Source: Geotalea daltonii FRC-32 (lineage in GTDB: Bacteria > Desulfobacterota > Desulfuromonadia > Geobacterales > Geobacteraceae). Taken from it: 32,000 bases of DNA. The stretch is from NCBI RefSeq assembly GCF_000022265.1, contig NC_011979.1, positions 2,670,001-2,702,000 of the forward strand, read 5' to 3'. Below, one piece after another: positions 23,433 through 31,774 of this stretch (positions are counted from its first letter, which is position 1; each line of letters starts with the position of its first letter). The position numbers and the translations under genes are program-made. Under the pieces are notes generated by a model that was not told the origin of the DNA, searched no databases, and saw nothing but the letters and a program-made list of their open reading frames with translations.

Positions 23433-26021
23433 TCATATCTGCGTATTCAGGAACTCAAGATCATCGGCGCCAAAGGATTGCTCATTTCTGGCAATGATGG
23501 TGTTTTGGCCGTAAGTGGGGATATCCACGAACCTGGCGCTGAATCCTGAGACCCTGACGATGAGGTCCTGGTGTTTCTCGGGTTCTTTTTGAGCTGCCTT
23601 CATCTCCGCAGTGCTCACGCAGTTGAACTGGACGTGATCGATGCGAAGTTTCTCCCATGCATCCATATAGGATTTCCAGATGTCGAACCCATGCACGCTG
23701 CGCATGAGCGGTACCGATAACCGTTGATTCAACAGATTGGCCTTCTGATTTTTCTGTACCTTGGAGACCGATTTCAATACGGCCGTCGGACCTTTCTTGT
23801 CGGTGCCCATGTAAGGAGAGATCCCCCCGTCGTCGCCGGCCTCGCCCCCGAAACGGCCATCGGGCGTGGGGCCGGTCCGGGACCCGATTTCCATGTAAAG
23901 GCCGACCGCCTGACCTACGGGAAGTACGGGGCCACCCGAGTAATTGGTGATCTTCGCCATCTCGCCGCCGATGATGTCCTCGTAGAAATCCTTGATGATG
24001 GAATCGGCATAGTCGTCGTCATTGCCCCATTTGGGCGCGTTGAGGAAATCCCGGCGCATCTCTTCATAGCCGTGCCAGTTTGCCCGGAGGGCAGTGACGA
24101 GCTCTGCCATGGTGTACTTCTTGTCGTCATAGATCAGTTTCTTGATTGCCACCATGGAGTTGGCGGCAACGACCGTGGTGATGGGGTTGTGCCAACCGTT
24201 AGGCTGCTCTGAAAGCTCCATGGCATCGATGCCCAGTTCCATGCAGCCGTCGTCGATGCTGGATACAAAAGGCATCTGCAGGAATTTGGACTCGAAGTAG
24301 CGCATGATGTCCTTGGCGCGGATCACCTTGCTGGTAGCGTAGGCATACTGGGTTCTGAAGGCTTCCCACAACTGCTCGAAGGTCTTGAAGGTGGTAGGAT
24401 CGCCGGTGTGCGGGCCCAGCTGCATGCCCGAATACGACCAGTCGAACCCGTCGGCCAGGACAATTTCCATCATTTTGGCAGGGAAGATGGATCCACCCCC
24501 TTCGGACCTGGTCTTATGGGTCTTGCGCCTGCCGCACACGCCGGGAGACATGCACAGCACCAGGCCCCAGTAATGGGCCTCGGCATCGGTCGCGCCGTTG
24601 TTGTTCTTGCTGAATTTGCTGTAATACTTCAGCTGTTCCGTACCGATTACGTCATGTTTTATGGATGGGTAACCCAGACCGTCCCGAATGCATTCGAAGA
24701 CAAGGCGCTTCGTTTTTTCTCGACCGTTCGGATGCCACCTGAAGACGATGGACGGTTCCGTGGTCCGGATATTCCTTGCCCCTTCCAGAATCGCGTCGGT
24801 CATGTCGCTGCAGGCATCCACATAACCCGGTTTGGTTCCCCCTATGGTCAGAATGAAAAGGTCGTTGGAGCCGGGGAAGATCTCCCGGTAGGCCCTGGAC
24901 TTTCCTGCACCATGCTCGGAAATTTTCAGCCGCTCCATCTCCACCATTTCGACTACGTCAGTGTAGGTCATGGGCTGGAAGGATTTTTCCACAACGCTTA
25001 TGTTGTAGTAAGGCTCCAGCAGTTCGTCTTCCTTATGTGCATAGCCGCTTGCATAGCGATCGATGGCATGACAGAGAAGGAATGTGTACCATTTTGCCTG
25101 GAAGGCATCCTTCAAGCCCTTGCATGGCTCTGCCGGAACCCGGTGACTGATGTCGGCGATCTCAAGCAGTTCCTCTTTCCTTTCCTGGTTGGTCTCGAAA
25201 TGTTCGGCGACGATCCTGGCGAGCCTGGCATGGCGCCTTGCCCAGTTGATAACCGCTTCGTCCGCAATAATCATGGCCTTCCAGACGTCGATTTTGGCAA
25301 TCCAGTCAAGGCCGGTAGTTGCATTCCAGGGTACCTTTTGCATTTCCTTTTTGGCATGATCGATGTTTTCCTTTGCCAGTTCGACCCGTTTCAGCAGGCC
25401 GTCCTGAATGACCGTTTCATAGGGGGGGCAAATACTGTTGTAACCGGTAGCGAAGCCGGGGGCCTCCATGGTGCTGACCTGGTACATCTGCAGCAGTTCT
25501 TCCTGGGTGAAATATCGCTCCCCCTTAGCCTGCATGCTGTATTTCTTCCAGTATTCGTTGATTTCCGCAGCTTCCTCTTTGGGCTCGGGGGAATAGTTGC
25601 TGATGAGGTAGTCCTGGACCGCCATATAAGCGAGCTCAGGATAGAGGGGGAACATCTCGGGGTCTTCCGCGTGATAGCCGATGATGAATTCGTCCTGCTG
25701 CAGAACCAGCGTGCTTTTGTTCAATATATTCGCCAGCCCCAGAGCCCTTCTGATCACCTCCGGCTGCCCTGCGCTTGCCTTGTGGGCCTCGGTGATATAT
25801 CGCATCCTCTCGATGCCCGCTCGAACCTCCGCATCGACAAACTCGCCGGCCGAGGCATGCTTCCAGCGGCATCTTGCCTTGAGTCTTTTTGTCCTCTCCG
25901 TGGTTGGACGGGCAAGGTTCTCGTGCAGTACTTCGTCGGCAATGCCATTTTCATCCGGATTTGCCAGCGGAAAGTCTATAACCCTGCCGTCGTACTTGAT
26001 AGATGTAGCAACTGTTGCCAT
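23433..26021 (-). CDS. bssA: Benzylsuccinate synthase-type fumarate-adding glycyl radical enzyme, alpha subunit, copy 2 (862 aa)
   Basis: Collinear with copy 1 and the same length. It has the same RVSGFSARFVD, VLCMSPGV and TRSEGGG motifs. 77 of the first 100 residues are identical to copy 1 by hand count. GAGGAGG RBS. Confidence 0.95.
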   Translation of the reverse strand: MATVATSIKYDGRVIDFPLANPDENGIADEVLHENLARPTTERTKRLKARCRWKHASAGEFVDAEVRAGIERMRYITEAHKASAGQPEVIRRALGLANILNKSTLVLQQDEFIIGYHAEDPEMFPLYPELAYMAVQDYLISNYSPEPKEEAAEINEYWKKYSMQAKGERYFTQEELLQMYQVSTMEAPGFATGYNSICPPYETVIQDGLLKRVELAKENIDHAKKEMQKVPWNATTGLDWIAKIDVWKAMIIADEAVINWARRHARLARIVAEHFETNQERKEELLEIADISHRVPAEPCKGLKDAFQAKWYTFLLCHAIDRYASGYAHKEDELLEPYYNISVVEKSFQPMTYTDVVEMVEMERLKISEHGAGKSRAYREIFPGSNDLFILTIGGTKPGYVDACSDMTDAILEGARNIRTTEPSIVFRWHPNGREKTKRLVFECIRDGLGYPSIKHDVIGTEQLKYYSKFSKNNNGATDAEAHYWGLVLCMSPGVCGRRKTHKTRSEGGGSIFPAKMMEIVLADGFDWSYSGMQLGPHTGDPTTFKTFEQLWEAFRTQYAYATSKVIRAKDIMRYFESKFLQMPFVSSIDDGCMELGIDAMELSEQPNGWHNPITTVVAANSMVAIKKLIYDDKKYTMAELVTALRANWHGYEEMRRDFLNAPKWGNDDDYADSIIKDFYEDIIGGEMAKITNYSGGPVLPVGQAVGLYMEIGSRTGPTPDGRFGGEAGDDGGISPYMGTDKKGPTAVLKSVSKVQKNQKANLLNQRLSVPLMRSVHGFDIWKSYMDAWEKLRIDHVQFNCVSTAEMKAAQKEPEKHQDLIVRVSGFSARFVDIPTYGQNTIIARNEQSFGADDLEFLNTQI

Positions 26022-26044
26022 GAATGACCTCCTCTTTGGGCATC

Positions 26045-26218
26045 TTAAGCTTTTTTAAATGTTGGGCATGACGGTGAATCGGTCCTGGTCGGTTTCGAAA
26101 GCCAGTATTTACCCTTTGCGTCCTGCTTTTCCACAACGCAGTCCCCTTTGCCTGCCTCATAGTCCCCGGCATTTTCAGGAACCGGAAAATAAAATGAGCA
26201 ATTCTTACATGTGGTCAT
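26045..26218 (-). CDS. bssC: Benzylsuccinate synthase gamma subunit, copy 2 (57 aa; below the ORF-track cutoff)
   Basis: Hand translation: MTTCKNCSFYFPVPENAGDYEAGKGDCVVEKQDAKGKYWLSKPTRTDSPSCPTFKKA. AAGGAG RBS. Four Cys conserved with copy 1. Confidence 0.85.
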   Translation of the reverse strand: MTTCKNCSFYFPVPENAGDYEAGKGDCVVEKQDAKGKYWLSKPTRTDSPSCPTFKKA

Positions 26219-26275
26219 TTGGAATCTCCTTTATTTGCATATTGAAATTCTGCGGAATATGTAGATGCATACTCT

Positions 26276-27316
26276 TCAGTGTCGTGTTGTGACCACCCCC
26301 TTTTTTTGTGGCATGTTCATGGGTGGCAAATGCTCCCGTTTTGCTTCCAATGCCCTGTTGGCGACACCATTTCCTGCTGCAGCCGACGCCCCAACCAAAC
26401 CGCCGATAGTAATCTCTCGAATACCTTGCTGTTCGAGAGCTTGCACCAGGGGAGCAAGCTGCTGAACCGCCAGGTCTGGAACTTTCAGGTATTGATAGCT
26501 GCGCCCCAGCTGAATATATTTCCCAGCGGCGTACGAGTGGAAAGGAAGGATGTCGACTCCGGACAGGTTGCCGGCGAAAAGTCCCAGATATGCCGCGTAT
26601 GCTTCGAAATCTTCGCTGCTGTCATTGAAGTGGGGAATGATCGGGAGATGGATACGTACTGCTGTCTTGGCTTCCATAAGCCGTTCCAGGTTTGACAGGA
26701 TTTTCTGCAGAGAACCGCCGATTACCCGTTGATGCTTTTCGGGATCCATGGATTTGATGTCGACGATAAACAGATCGACCAATTTCAATAGCGGGACGAT
26801 GGTTTCCCACTCGGCAAAGAGGCAGGTCTCGATTGCCACATGGAGATTCTCTTTTACTTTGAGGTTACGGGCCAGCTCACAGGTGAATTCGGGATACAGC
26901 AAAGGTTCTCCACCACTGATTGTGACTCCACCCCCGCTAGGCTGGTAAAAGATCCGGTCCGACACAGCCTCCAGGAGAATGTTCTCCATAGGGATGGACT
27001 TGCCTACCGCTTCACGTGCCCCGAACCGGCAGGCGGGTACACACTGCAAGCAGGATGTGCATAGACTTCTGTCGGTTGTTCTCTCCATACAGTCGTGGTC
27101 CATATTGCCCGTGGCTGATGTACAGGCAGTCTGGCATTGCCGGCAGCCTGTACATCTGTTTGCATAAAAATAGAACTCTTGTTTAGAGCCGATGTTTTCA
27201 GGGTTGTGGCACCATGGGCAATGGAGTGGACACCCCTTGAGGAAAATGGTTGTTCTGATGCCGGGGCCATCCTGCAGGCAGAATCTCTGTATTTCGGTGA
27301 TGAGCGGAGTGGGCAT
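26276..27316 (-). CDS. bssD: Glycyl radical enzyme activating enzyme (radical SAM), copy 2
   Basis: ATG 27316 (MPTPLITEIQRF...) follows AAGGAGG. CPLHCPWC plus CTGCRQCQTAC and CTSCLQCVPACR. The track ORF start at 27388 overlaps the promoter. Confidence 0.9.
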   Translation of the reverse strand: MPTPLITEIQRFCLQDGPGIRTTIFLKGCPLHCPWCHNPENIGSKQEFYFYANRCTGCRQCQTACTSATGNMDHDCMERTTDRSLCTSCLQCVPACRFGAREAVGKSIPMENILLEAVSDRIFYQPSGGGVTISGGEPLLYPEFTCELARNLKVKENLHVAIETCLFAEWETIVPLLKLVDLFIVDIKSMDPEKHQRVIGGSLQKILSNLERLMEAKTAVRIHLPIIPHFNDSSEDFEAYAAYLGLFAGNLSGVDILPFHSYAAGKYIQLGRSYQYLKVPDLAVQQLAPLVQALEQQGIREITIGGLVGASAAAGNGVANRALEAKREHLPPMNMPQKKGVVTTRH

Positions 27317-27370
27317 GGGGCCTCCTTTAGTGCAAGAACGGGTCTGAACGACTGCATCTGATGGACTATT

Positions 27371-27386
27371 TAGCAGAAGACATGCC
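27371..27386 (-). promoter_or_regulatory. Sigma54 (-24/-12) promoter of bss operon 2
   Basis: The minus strand reads TGGCATGTCTTCTGCT with GG/GC at consensus spacing, about 55 nt upstream of the bssD2 ATG. The flanking 23 nt (atgccaaaacaatgtttcataaa) are identical to copy 1. Confidence 0.75.
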
Positions 27387-27844
27387 AAAACAATGTTTCA
27401 TAAAATATTGGTGGTATGTTTGTTTCTTCCGACACTATGTTTGAGAGGTGGATATAACGTCTTTTAAATCATGATGTTGTGAGGTGGAATGTTACATAAA
27501 ATATCGTTTGTGTTACGTGGCGATAGGGGGGGTGCGACACGTTTTTTTTATTTTGTGGGGCGTCTTGAGGTGCCTGCACCAAATGTGAGGAGGAAGGTCA
27601 TGGGGAAAAGTTTGATTATTTTCTAAATATTACCCTTCGTATTCGCGTATTTCATAAAATAATGAAGTATTTTCCGCATTGCCTCGAAAAAGTATTAAGA
27701 AATGGTGTGTCGATATGGGGGGGATGGTCGACTGGGAATCTTAGGGGTAAAGAAAGGTGTAATTGCATAACACATTGATAATCTATTGCTTTTGTAATGT
27801 TTGATGCCCGGTTCATAGCCAGTTCGGGCACAAAGTGTAAATAA

Positions 27845-27886
27845 TTGCAATTTTAGTTGATGTGATATATATGTAAAACATTGTTT
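27845..27886 (+). promoter_or_regulatory. Candidate sigma70 promoter of regulator 2 (TTGCAA-17-TATATG) followed by palindrome AAACATTGTTT
   Basis: -35 at 27845-27850, -10 around 27868-27873, palindrome at 27876-27886. The layout parallels copy 1. Confidence 0.3.
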
Positions 27887-27932
27887 CAATATTGTCAGGA
27901 TGTTTGCGAGGTAACTCTCGAGAAAGGGTAGT

Positions 27933-29675
27933 ATGGTGAAAAAAGGTAAGCTCGCAAAGGAAACCTCTGCAAATGAAACAGTCAGTAATAATCTTCGTTC
28001 GCAATTGCGGTTTTCAAGCGAAACTGGCGAGATATGGCTGCATGAGCATCGAATGCTTCTTGTTCATGCAGACTCCCATGCGAAATTGCGCCGCGAGTTG
28101 ATTGAATCCCTTGGAATTGGCCGTGCTCGGGGCATGATCATGCGCATAGGCTATGCTACCGGTATAAATGATTGTGAACTCACCCATATTAATCGGGATT
28201 GGACAAACGACTATGAAAGTTTCATGGCCGGGCCACTTCTGTTTACCTTGGAGGGAAATGCCAAGACTTCTATCCCTAAATTAGAAATTAACCGAAAAAT
28301 GGGTAAGTTTTATGTGGAAGCTCTCTTGGAAAATTCCTGGGAGAGCCAGGCGTACCTGCGCCATTATGGTGAGTCCGCGGAAGGGGTGTGTTGGTATTTA
28401 CATGGCTACTCGAGCGGTTATTGCTCAGCTTTTATGGGTAAGCCGATTCTTTGCAAGGAAGTAAAATGTTTCGCTGCAGGTGGGAAACACTGTTACCTTG
28501 TCGGTAAACCAGTCGAGGAATGGGATGATTCCAGTGATTATTCACTAATGCTGAACCAAGAATCCATTGTCGATCAGCTCATCGGTCTTCAAAATGAGGT
28601 TGTGCACTTACGTTCCGCCATAAGTGAAAAAAAAATGCCGTCTGATGTGGTGGGCAATTCGCCGGCCTTTCTCGCTGCTTACGACCTTCTCATGCAAGCG
28701 GTGGATAGCCAGATCACGGTGCTGCTGCTTGGTGAAACCGGGGTAGGCAAGGAGGTTTTCGCCCGCACGCTGCATGAGAAGGGGGCCCGCTGCAAGGAGT
28801 CGTTCATCGCCATCAATTGCGCCGCCATACCCCATGATCTGGTGGAGTCGGAACTGTTCGGCGTGGAGAAAGGCGCCTTTACCGGTGCCCTTGCCTCCCG
28901 GCCCGGTCGTTTCGAGCGTGCCAACGGCGGCACCTTGTTTCTGGATGAGGTGGGTGACCTGCCCCTTTCGGCCCAGGCGAAGCTGCTCCGCGTGCTGCAG
29001 GAGGGTGAGGTGGAACGCCTGGGAGGCACAAAAACCCACAAGGTCAATGTGCGGCTGGTTGCGGCAACCAACATCGACCTGAGACAGCTGGTCGAAAATG
29101 GCAAATTTCGTTCCGACCTGTACTACCGGTTGAATGCTCTGCAGATCCACATTCCTCCCCTCAAGGAACGTAAGCTTGATATTTTGATCCTGGCTAAGAC
29201 TTTTCTCAAGAAATTCAGTGATGTTAACGGGAAAAAGCTGCGCGGTTTCTCCGACAAGGCCAAGTTGGCTTTGCTCGCCTATCAATGGCCGGGCAATATC
29301 AGGGAACTGCAGAACGTTGTGGAGCGCGGAGTGATGCTTGCTCCCAACGGCACCCATATTTCCATCCAACATATGTTTCCTTCCTACAGCAGTGAATTTT
29401 CCGAGCTGGCGCTCAATGCCAAGGGGGGGTTGAGTGACAGCCAGAAGGAAAGCGGCAAGGATTTCTGCGAGGCGATTCTGAGCGGCCGGATAACCCTGGA
29501 ACAGGCCAATACTCTCCTGGCAGAAGCTGCCGTGGAGAAAGCAAGCGGCAACCTTTCTGCAGCGGCGAGAATGCTGGGCTTGACGCGGCCCCAGCTGGCC
29601 TACCGCCTGGAGCATCGCCCGGAAAACGCAGTCATGAAATTTTCCAGCCGTAAGCCGAAGACCAGGGCTTCATGA
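27933..29675 (+). CDS. Sigma54-dependent transcriptional activator, XylR/DmpR type, copy 2
   Basis: Same architecture as copy 1 (XylR_N/V4R sensor, GAFTGA AAA+ domain, Fis HTH). The sensor domain is clearly diverged from copy 1, while the central domain is almost identical at the nucleotide level. Confidence 0.85.
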   Translation: MVKKGKLAKETSANETVSNNLRSQLRFSSETGEIWLHEHRMLLVHADSHAKLRRELIESLGIGRARGMIMRIGYATGINDCELTHINRDWTNDYESFMAGPLLFTLEGNAKTSIPKLEINRKMGKFYVEALLENSWESQAYLRHYGESAEGVCWYLHGYSSGYCSAFMGKPILCKEVKCFAAGGKHCYLVGKPVEEWDDSSDYSLMLNQESIVDQLIGLQNEVVHLRSAISEKKMPSDVVGNSPAFLAAYDLLMQAVDSQITVLLLGETGVGKEVFARTLHEKGARCKESFIAINCAAIPHDLVESELFGVEKGAFTGALASRPGRFERANGGTLFLDEVGDLPLSAQAKLLRVLQEGEVERLGGTKTHKVNVRLVAATNIDLRQLVENGKFRSDLYYRLNALQIHIPPLKERKLDILILAKTFLKKFSDVNGKKLRGFSDKAKLALLAYQWPGNIRELQNVVERGVMLAPNGTHISIQHMFPSYSSEFSELALNAKGGLSDSQKESGKDFCEAILSGRITLEQANTLLAEAAVEKASGNLSAAARMLGLTRPQLAYRLEHRPENAVMKFSSRKPKTRAS

Positions 29676-29726
29676 ACCATCTACTGCAGGTTAACTCCAG
29701 GCATCATGGGCCTATCGTCTTAAAAA

Positions 29727-29763
29727 AGGGTTAGCTTGAATTGGCTAACCCTTTATATTTTTT
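29727..29763. terminator. Bidirectional rho-independent terminator
   Basis: agggttagc-ttgaattg-gctaaccct forms a 9-bp perfect stem. It is flanked by an A-run (taaaaaa) on the left and a T-rich run (ttatatttttt) on the right. Confidence 0.65.
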
Positions 29764-29764
29764 A

Positions 29765-29820
29765 TGGGCATACCGGGATCGAACCAGTGGCTTCTACCGT
29801 ATGAAGATAGCGCTCTCCCG
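29765..29820 (-). pseudogene. Truncated tRNA-Met(CAT)-like 3' fragment (D-stem 3' half through acceptor 3' strand); possible att-site remnant
   Basis: The minus strand reads GGGAGAGCG-CTATC-TTCATAC-GGTAG-AAGCC-ACTGG-TTCGATC-CCGGT-ATGCCCA, giving an anticodon arm with CAT and a canonical T-arm. No matching 5' acceptor strand or D-stem 5' half is found upstream. Confidence 0.6.
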
Positions 29821-29927
29821 CAGTAAAATCCTGGGGGAGCGGAGCATCCTTTTCTGGCCAGATCTGTACACAAAATTTCAGTAAAGATAAAAAAGCGGTT
29901 AAAACTGAAATGCCTGCAAAAATAAAC

Positions 29928-29981
29928 TTGACCTGCCCCTGTCTTTTTTGTATTATTTGTCTATCGATTTAATAGGGTAAA
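29928..29981 (+). promoter_or_regulatory. Sigma70 promoter of the Rrf2 gene (TTGACC-17-TATTAT) overlapped by a degenerate 10-7-10 inverted repeat
   Basis: -35 at 29928-29933, -10 at 29951-29956. atttgtctat-N7-atagggtaaa (29955-29981) matches the perfect repeat upstream of sbp at 8/10 in each arm, with identical spacing. Confidence 0.5.
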
Positions 29982-29983
29982 AA

Positions 29984-30445
29984 ATGATATCAAAAAAAAC
30001 CAAATATGCTTTGAAAGCTCTTATATACCTTTCCCGGACCAAAAAGGGAGAGCCTGTACTCATTGCCGATCTGGCAGAAGACGAGAAAATTCCCAAGAAA
30101 TTCCTGGAGTTGATTCTACTTACATTGAAAAACAACGGCATTCTCCACAGCCGCAAGGGAAAGGGGGGAGGGTACTCCTTGGGCAAACTGCCCAGGGAAA
30201 TAAGTATGGGCAGTGTCATCAGGATGTTGGAAGGGCCGTTGGCGCCTGTACCGTGTGTCAGTGAAACAGCCTATTCAAAATGTACCGAATGCGAGGATGA
30301 GACTACCTGTGGAATAAGGCTGGTTATGAAAGATGTGCGTGACGCAATTACCCAGATCCTCGATCACACAACTTTGCAGGATGTTTTAGAACGTACGGAA
30401 AGGGCAGCACTGCTGGAAAAAGGTGTTTTGAATTACGTGATATAA
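29984..30445 (+). CDS. Rrf2-family transcriptional regulator with a four-Cys cluster (probable FeS sensor)
   Basis: Rrf2 N-terminal wHTH: [13 protein letters not shown]...[31 protein letters not shown]. Cys pattern C-x8-C-x2-C-x5-C. Confidence 0.8.
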   Translation: MISKKTKYALKALIYLSRTKKGEPVLIADLAEDEKIPKKFLELILLTLKNNGILHSRKGKGGGYSLGKLPREISMGSVIRMLEGPLAPVPCVSETAYSKCTECEDETTCGIRLVMKDVRDAITQILDHTTLQDVLERTERAALLEKGVLNYVI

Positions 30446-30451
30446 ATTTTT

Positions 30452-30485
30452 TTGCCAGTTTAGTCTATTTATTCTATAGACTAAA
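30452..30485 (+). promoter_or_regulatory. Candidate sbp promoter (TTGCCA-17-TATAGA) with an embedded perfect 10-7-10 inverted repeat (probable Rrf2 operator)
   Basis: tttagtctat-ttattct-atagactaaa at 30459-30485 spans the region from the -35/-10 spacer to just downstream of the -10. Confidence 0.45.
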
Positions 30486-30504
30486 ACAAAAAGGAGATGA
30501 AAAA

Positions 30505-31512
30505 ATGATCAGAATCAAGATGGCTGCAATTTTTGCGGGATTGGCCCTTGCTTTGCCTGGTGGTGCACTGGCGGAGGTAAACCTCTTGAACGTATCCTAT
30601 GATCCCACCAGGGAACTGTATCAAGAGTACAACGCTGCTTTTTCCAGATATTGGAAAGGCAAAACAGGCCAGGATGTGACATTCAAGCAATCCCATGGCG
30701 GCTCCGGCAAGCAGGCACGTGCTGTCATCGATGGTCTTGAGGCGGACGTGGTCACATTGGCTTTGGCTTACGACATCGATCAGATCCACGACAAGGCAAA
30801 GCTGATTCCTGAAAACTGGCAGAAGCGCCTGCCCAACAACAGTGCCCCGTATACATCCACCATCGTTTTCCTGGTGCGCAAGGGCAACCCGAAAAAGATC
30901 AAAGACTGGAATGATCTGGTCAAGCCTGGCGTCTCCATAATCACTCCCAATCCGAAAACTTCAGGCGGTGCCCGCTGGAATTATCTTGCTGCCTGGGCCT
31001 ATGCGCTTAAACAAAAGGGTGGCACTGATGTAAAGGCAAAGGAGTTTGTCGGTACACTCTTCAGGAATGTACCGGTTCTGGATTCGGGTGCCAGGGGATC
31101 AACAACCACTTTTGTGCAACGGGGTATCGGCGATGTTCTTCTGGCATGGGAAAATGAAGCTTTTCTTGCTGTCAATGAGCTGGGTAAGGACAAGTTTGAA
31201 ATAGTCGTTCCATCACTAAGCATTCTTGCCGAACCGTCGGTGAGCATTGTTGACAAGGTGGTTGATAAGAAGGGTACGCGCAAGGTTGCAGAAGAATATC
31301 TGAAATACCTGTACTCCAGGGAAGGCCAAGAGATCGCTGCCAATAACTATTACCGTCCACGGGATAAAAAAGTTGCAGCAAAATACGCCAAGGCTTTCCC
31401 CAAAGTGAAGCTTTTTACCATAGACGATGTCTTTGGTGGGTGGCGGAAAGCGCAATTGACACATTTTGCTGATGGTGGGGTCTTTGACCAGATTTACATA
31501 CCTACGAAATGA
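30505..31512 (+). CDS. sbp: Sulfate/thiosulfate ABC transporter periplasmic binding protein
   Basis: Signal peptide, then the Sbp/CysP-typical [16 protein letters not shown]...W...TG..V...[38 protein letters not shown]. Confidence 0.85.
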   Translation: MIRIKMAAIFAGLALALPGGALAEVNLLNVSYDPTRELYQEYNAAFSRYWKGKTGQDVTFKQSHGGSGKQARAVIDGLEADVVTLALAYDIDQIHDKAKLIPENWQKRLPNNSAPYTSTIVFLVRKGNPKKIKDWNDLVKPGVSIITPNPKTSGGARWNYLAAWAYALKQKGGTDVKAKEFVGTLFRNVPVLDSGARGSTTTFVQRGIGDVLLAWENEAFLAVNELGKDKFEIVVPSLSILAEPSVSIVDKVVDKKGTRKVAEEYLKYLYSREGQEIAANNYYRPRDKKVAAKYAKAFPKVKLFTIDDVFGGWRKAQLTHFADGGVFDQIYIPTK

Positions 31513-31560
31513 AATTGACGTCCAGGTGATCGATCGAGCGCGGTAGAGGAGGCAACCAAC

Positions 31561-31725
31561 ATGGGTGATGGTGGAGTCAACGGGACGCAGGAACAATGGA
31601 ACGTGGAGTTGGAGCGTAAAATTCGTAATGCGCTGCAGTCAATTAAATTCGGGACCGTGACTCTTGTGATTCAGGACGGCAAGGTAATTCAAATCGACAA
31701 GAACGAAAAAATCCGGCTGACCTGA
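31561..31725 (+). CDS. YezD/DUF2292-like mini-protein (54 aa; below the ORF-track cutoff)
   Basis: Hand translation: MGDGGVNGTQEQWNVELERKIRNALQSIKFGTVTLVIQDGKVIQIDKNEKIRLT. GAGGAGG RBS. The family commonly neighbours sulfur-assimilation genes. Confidence 0.6.
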   Translation: MGDGGVNGTQEQWNVELERKIRNALQSIKFGTVTLVIQDGKVIQIDKNEKIRLT

Positions 31726-31774
31726 AGCCGCCAGGGGATGGTATCGGCAATCAGCTGGCATCATGGAGGCTGCC

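Noticed and set aside
8635-27386. The possibility that the two bss clusters are an assembly duplication artefact or a very recent tandem duplication.
   Set aside because: The copies differ at many synonymous and non-synonymous sites (23 of the first 100 BssA residues). They also have different spacer lengths, different hairpin positions and entirely different downstream genes. Only the regulator AAA+ block is near-identical.
27389-27932. Small ORFs (27695-27889, 27813-28004 minus strand) and short hairpins in the 616-bp bssD2-regulator spacer as possible peptides or sRNAs.
   Set aside because: The ORFs are AT-rich, lack an RBS and have no counterpart in the copy-1 spacer. The hairpins have only 4-6-bp stems. 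The conserved short motifs are better explained as regulatory DNA sites.
29765-29840. An intact tRNA-Met gene on the minus strand.
   Set aside because: The anticodon arm, T-arm and 3' acceptor strand are present, but the sequence upstream (gctccgctcccccaggattttactgc) provides neither a complementary 5' acceptor strand nor the D-stem 5' half. I treat it as a fragment pending a tRNAscan-SE check.
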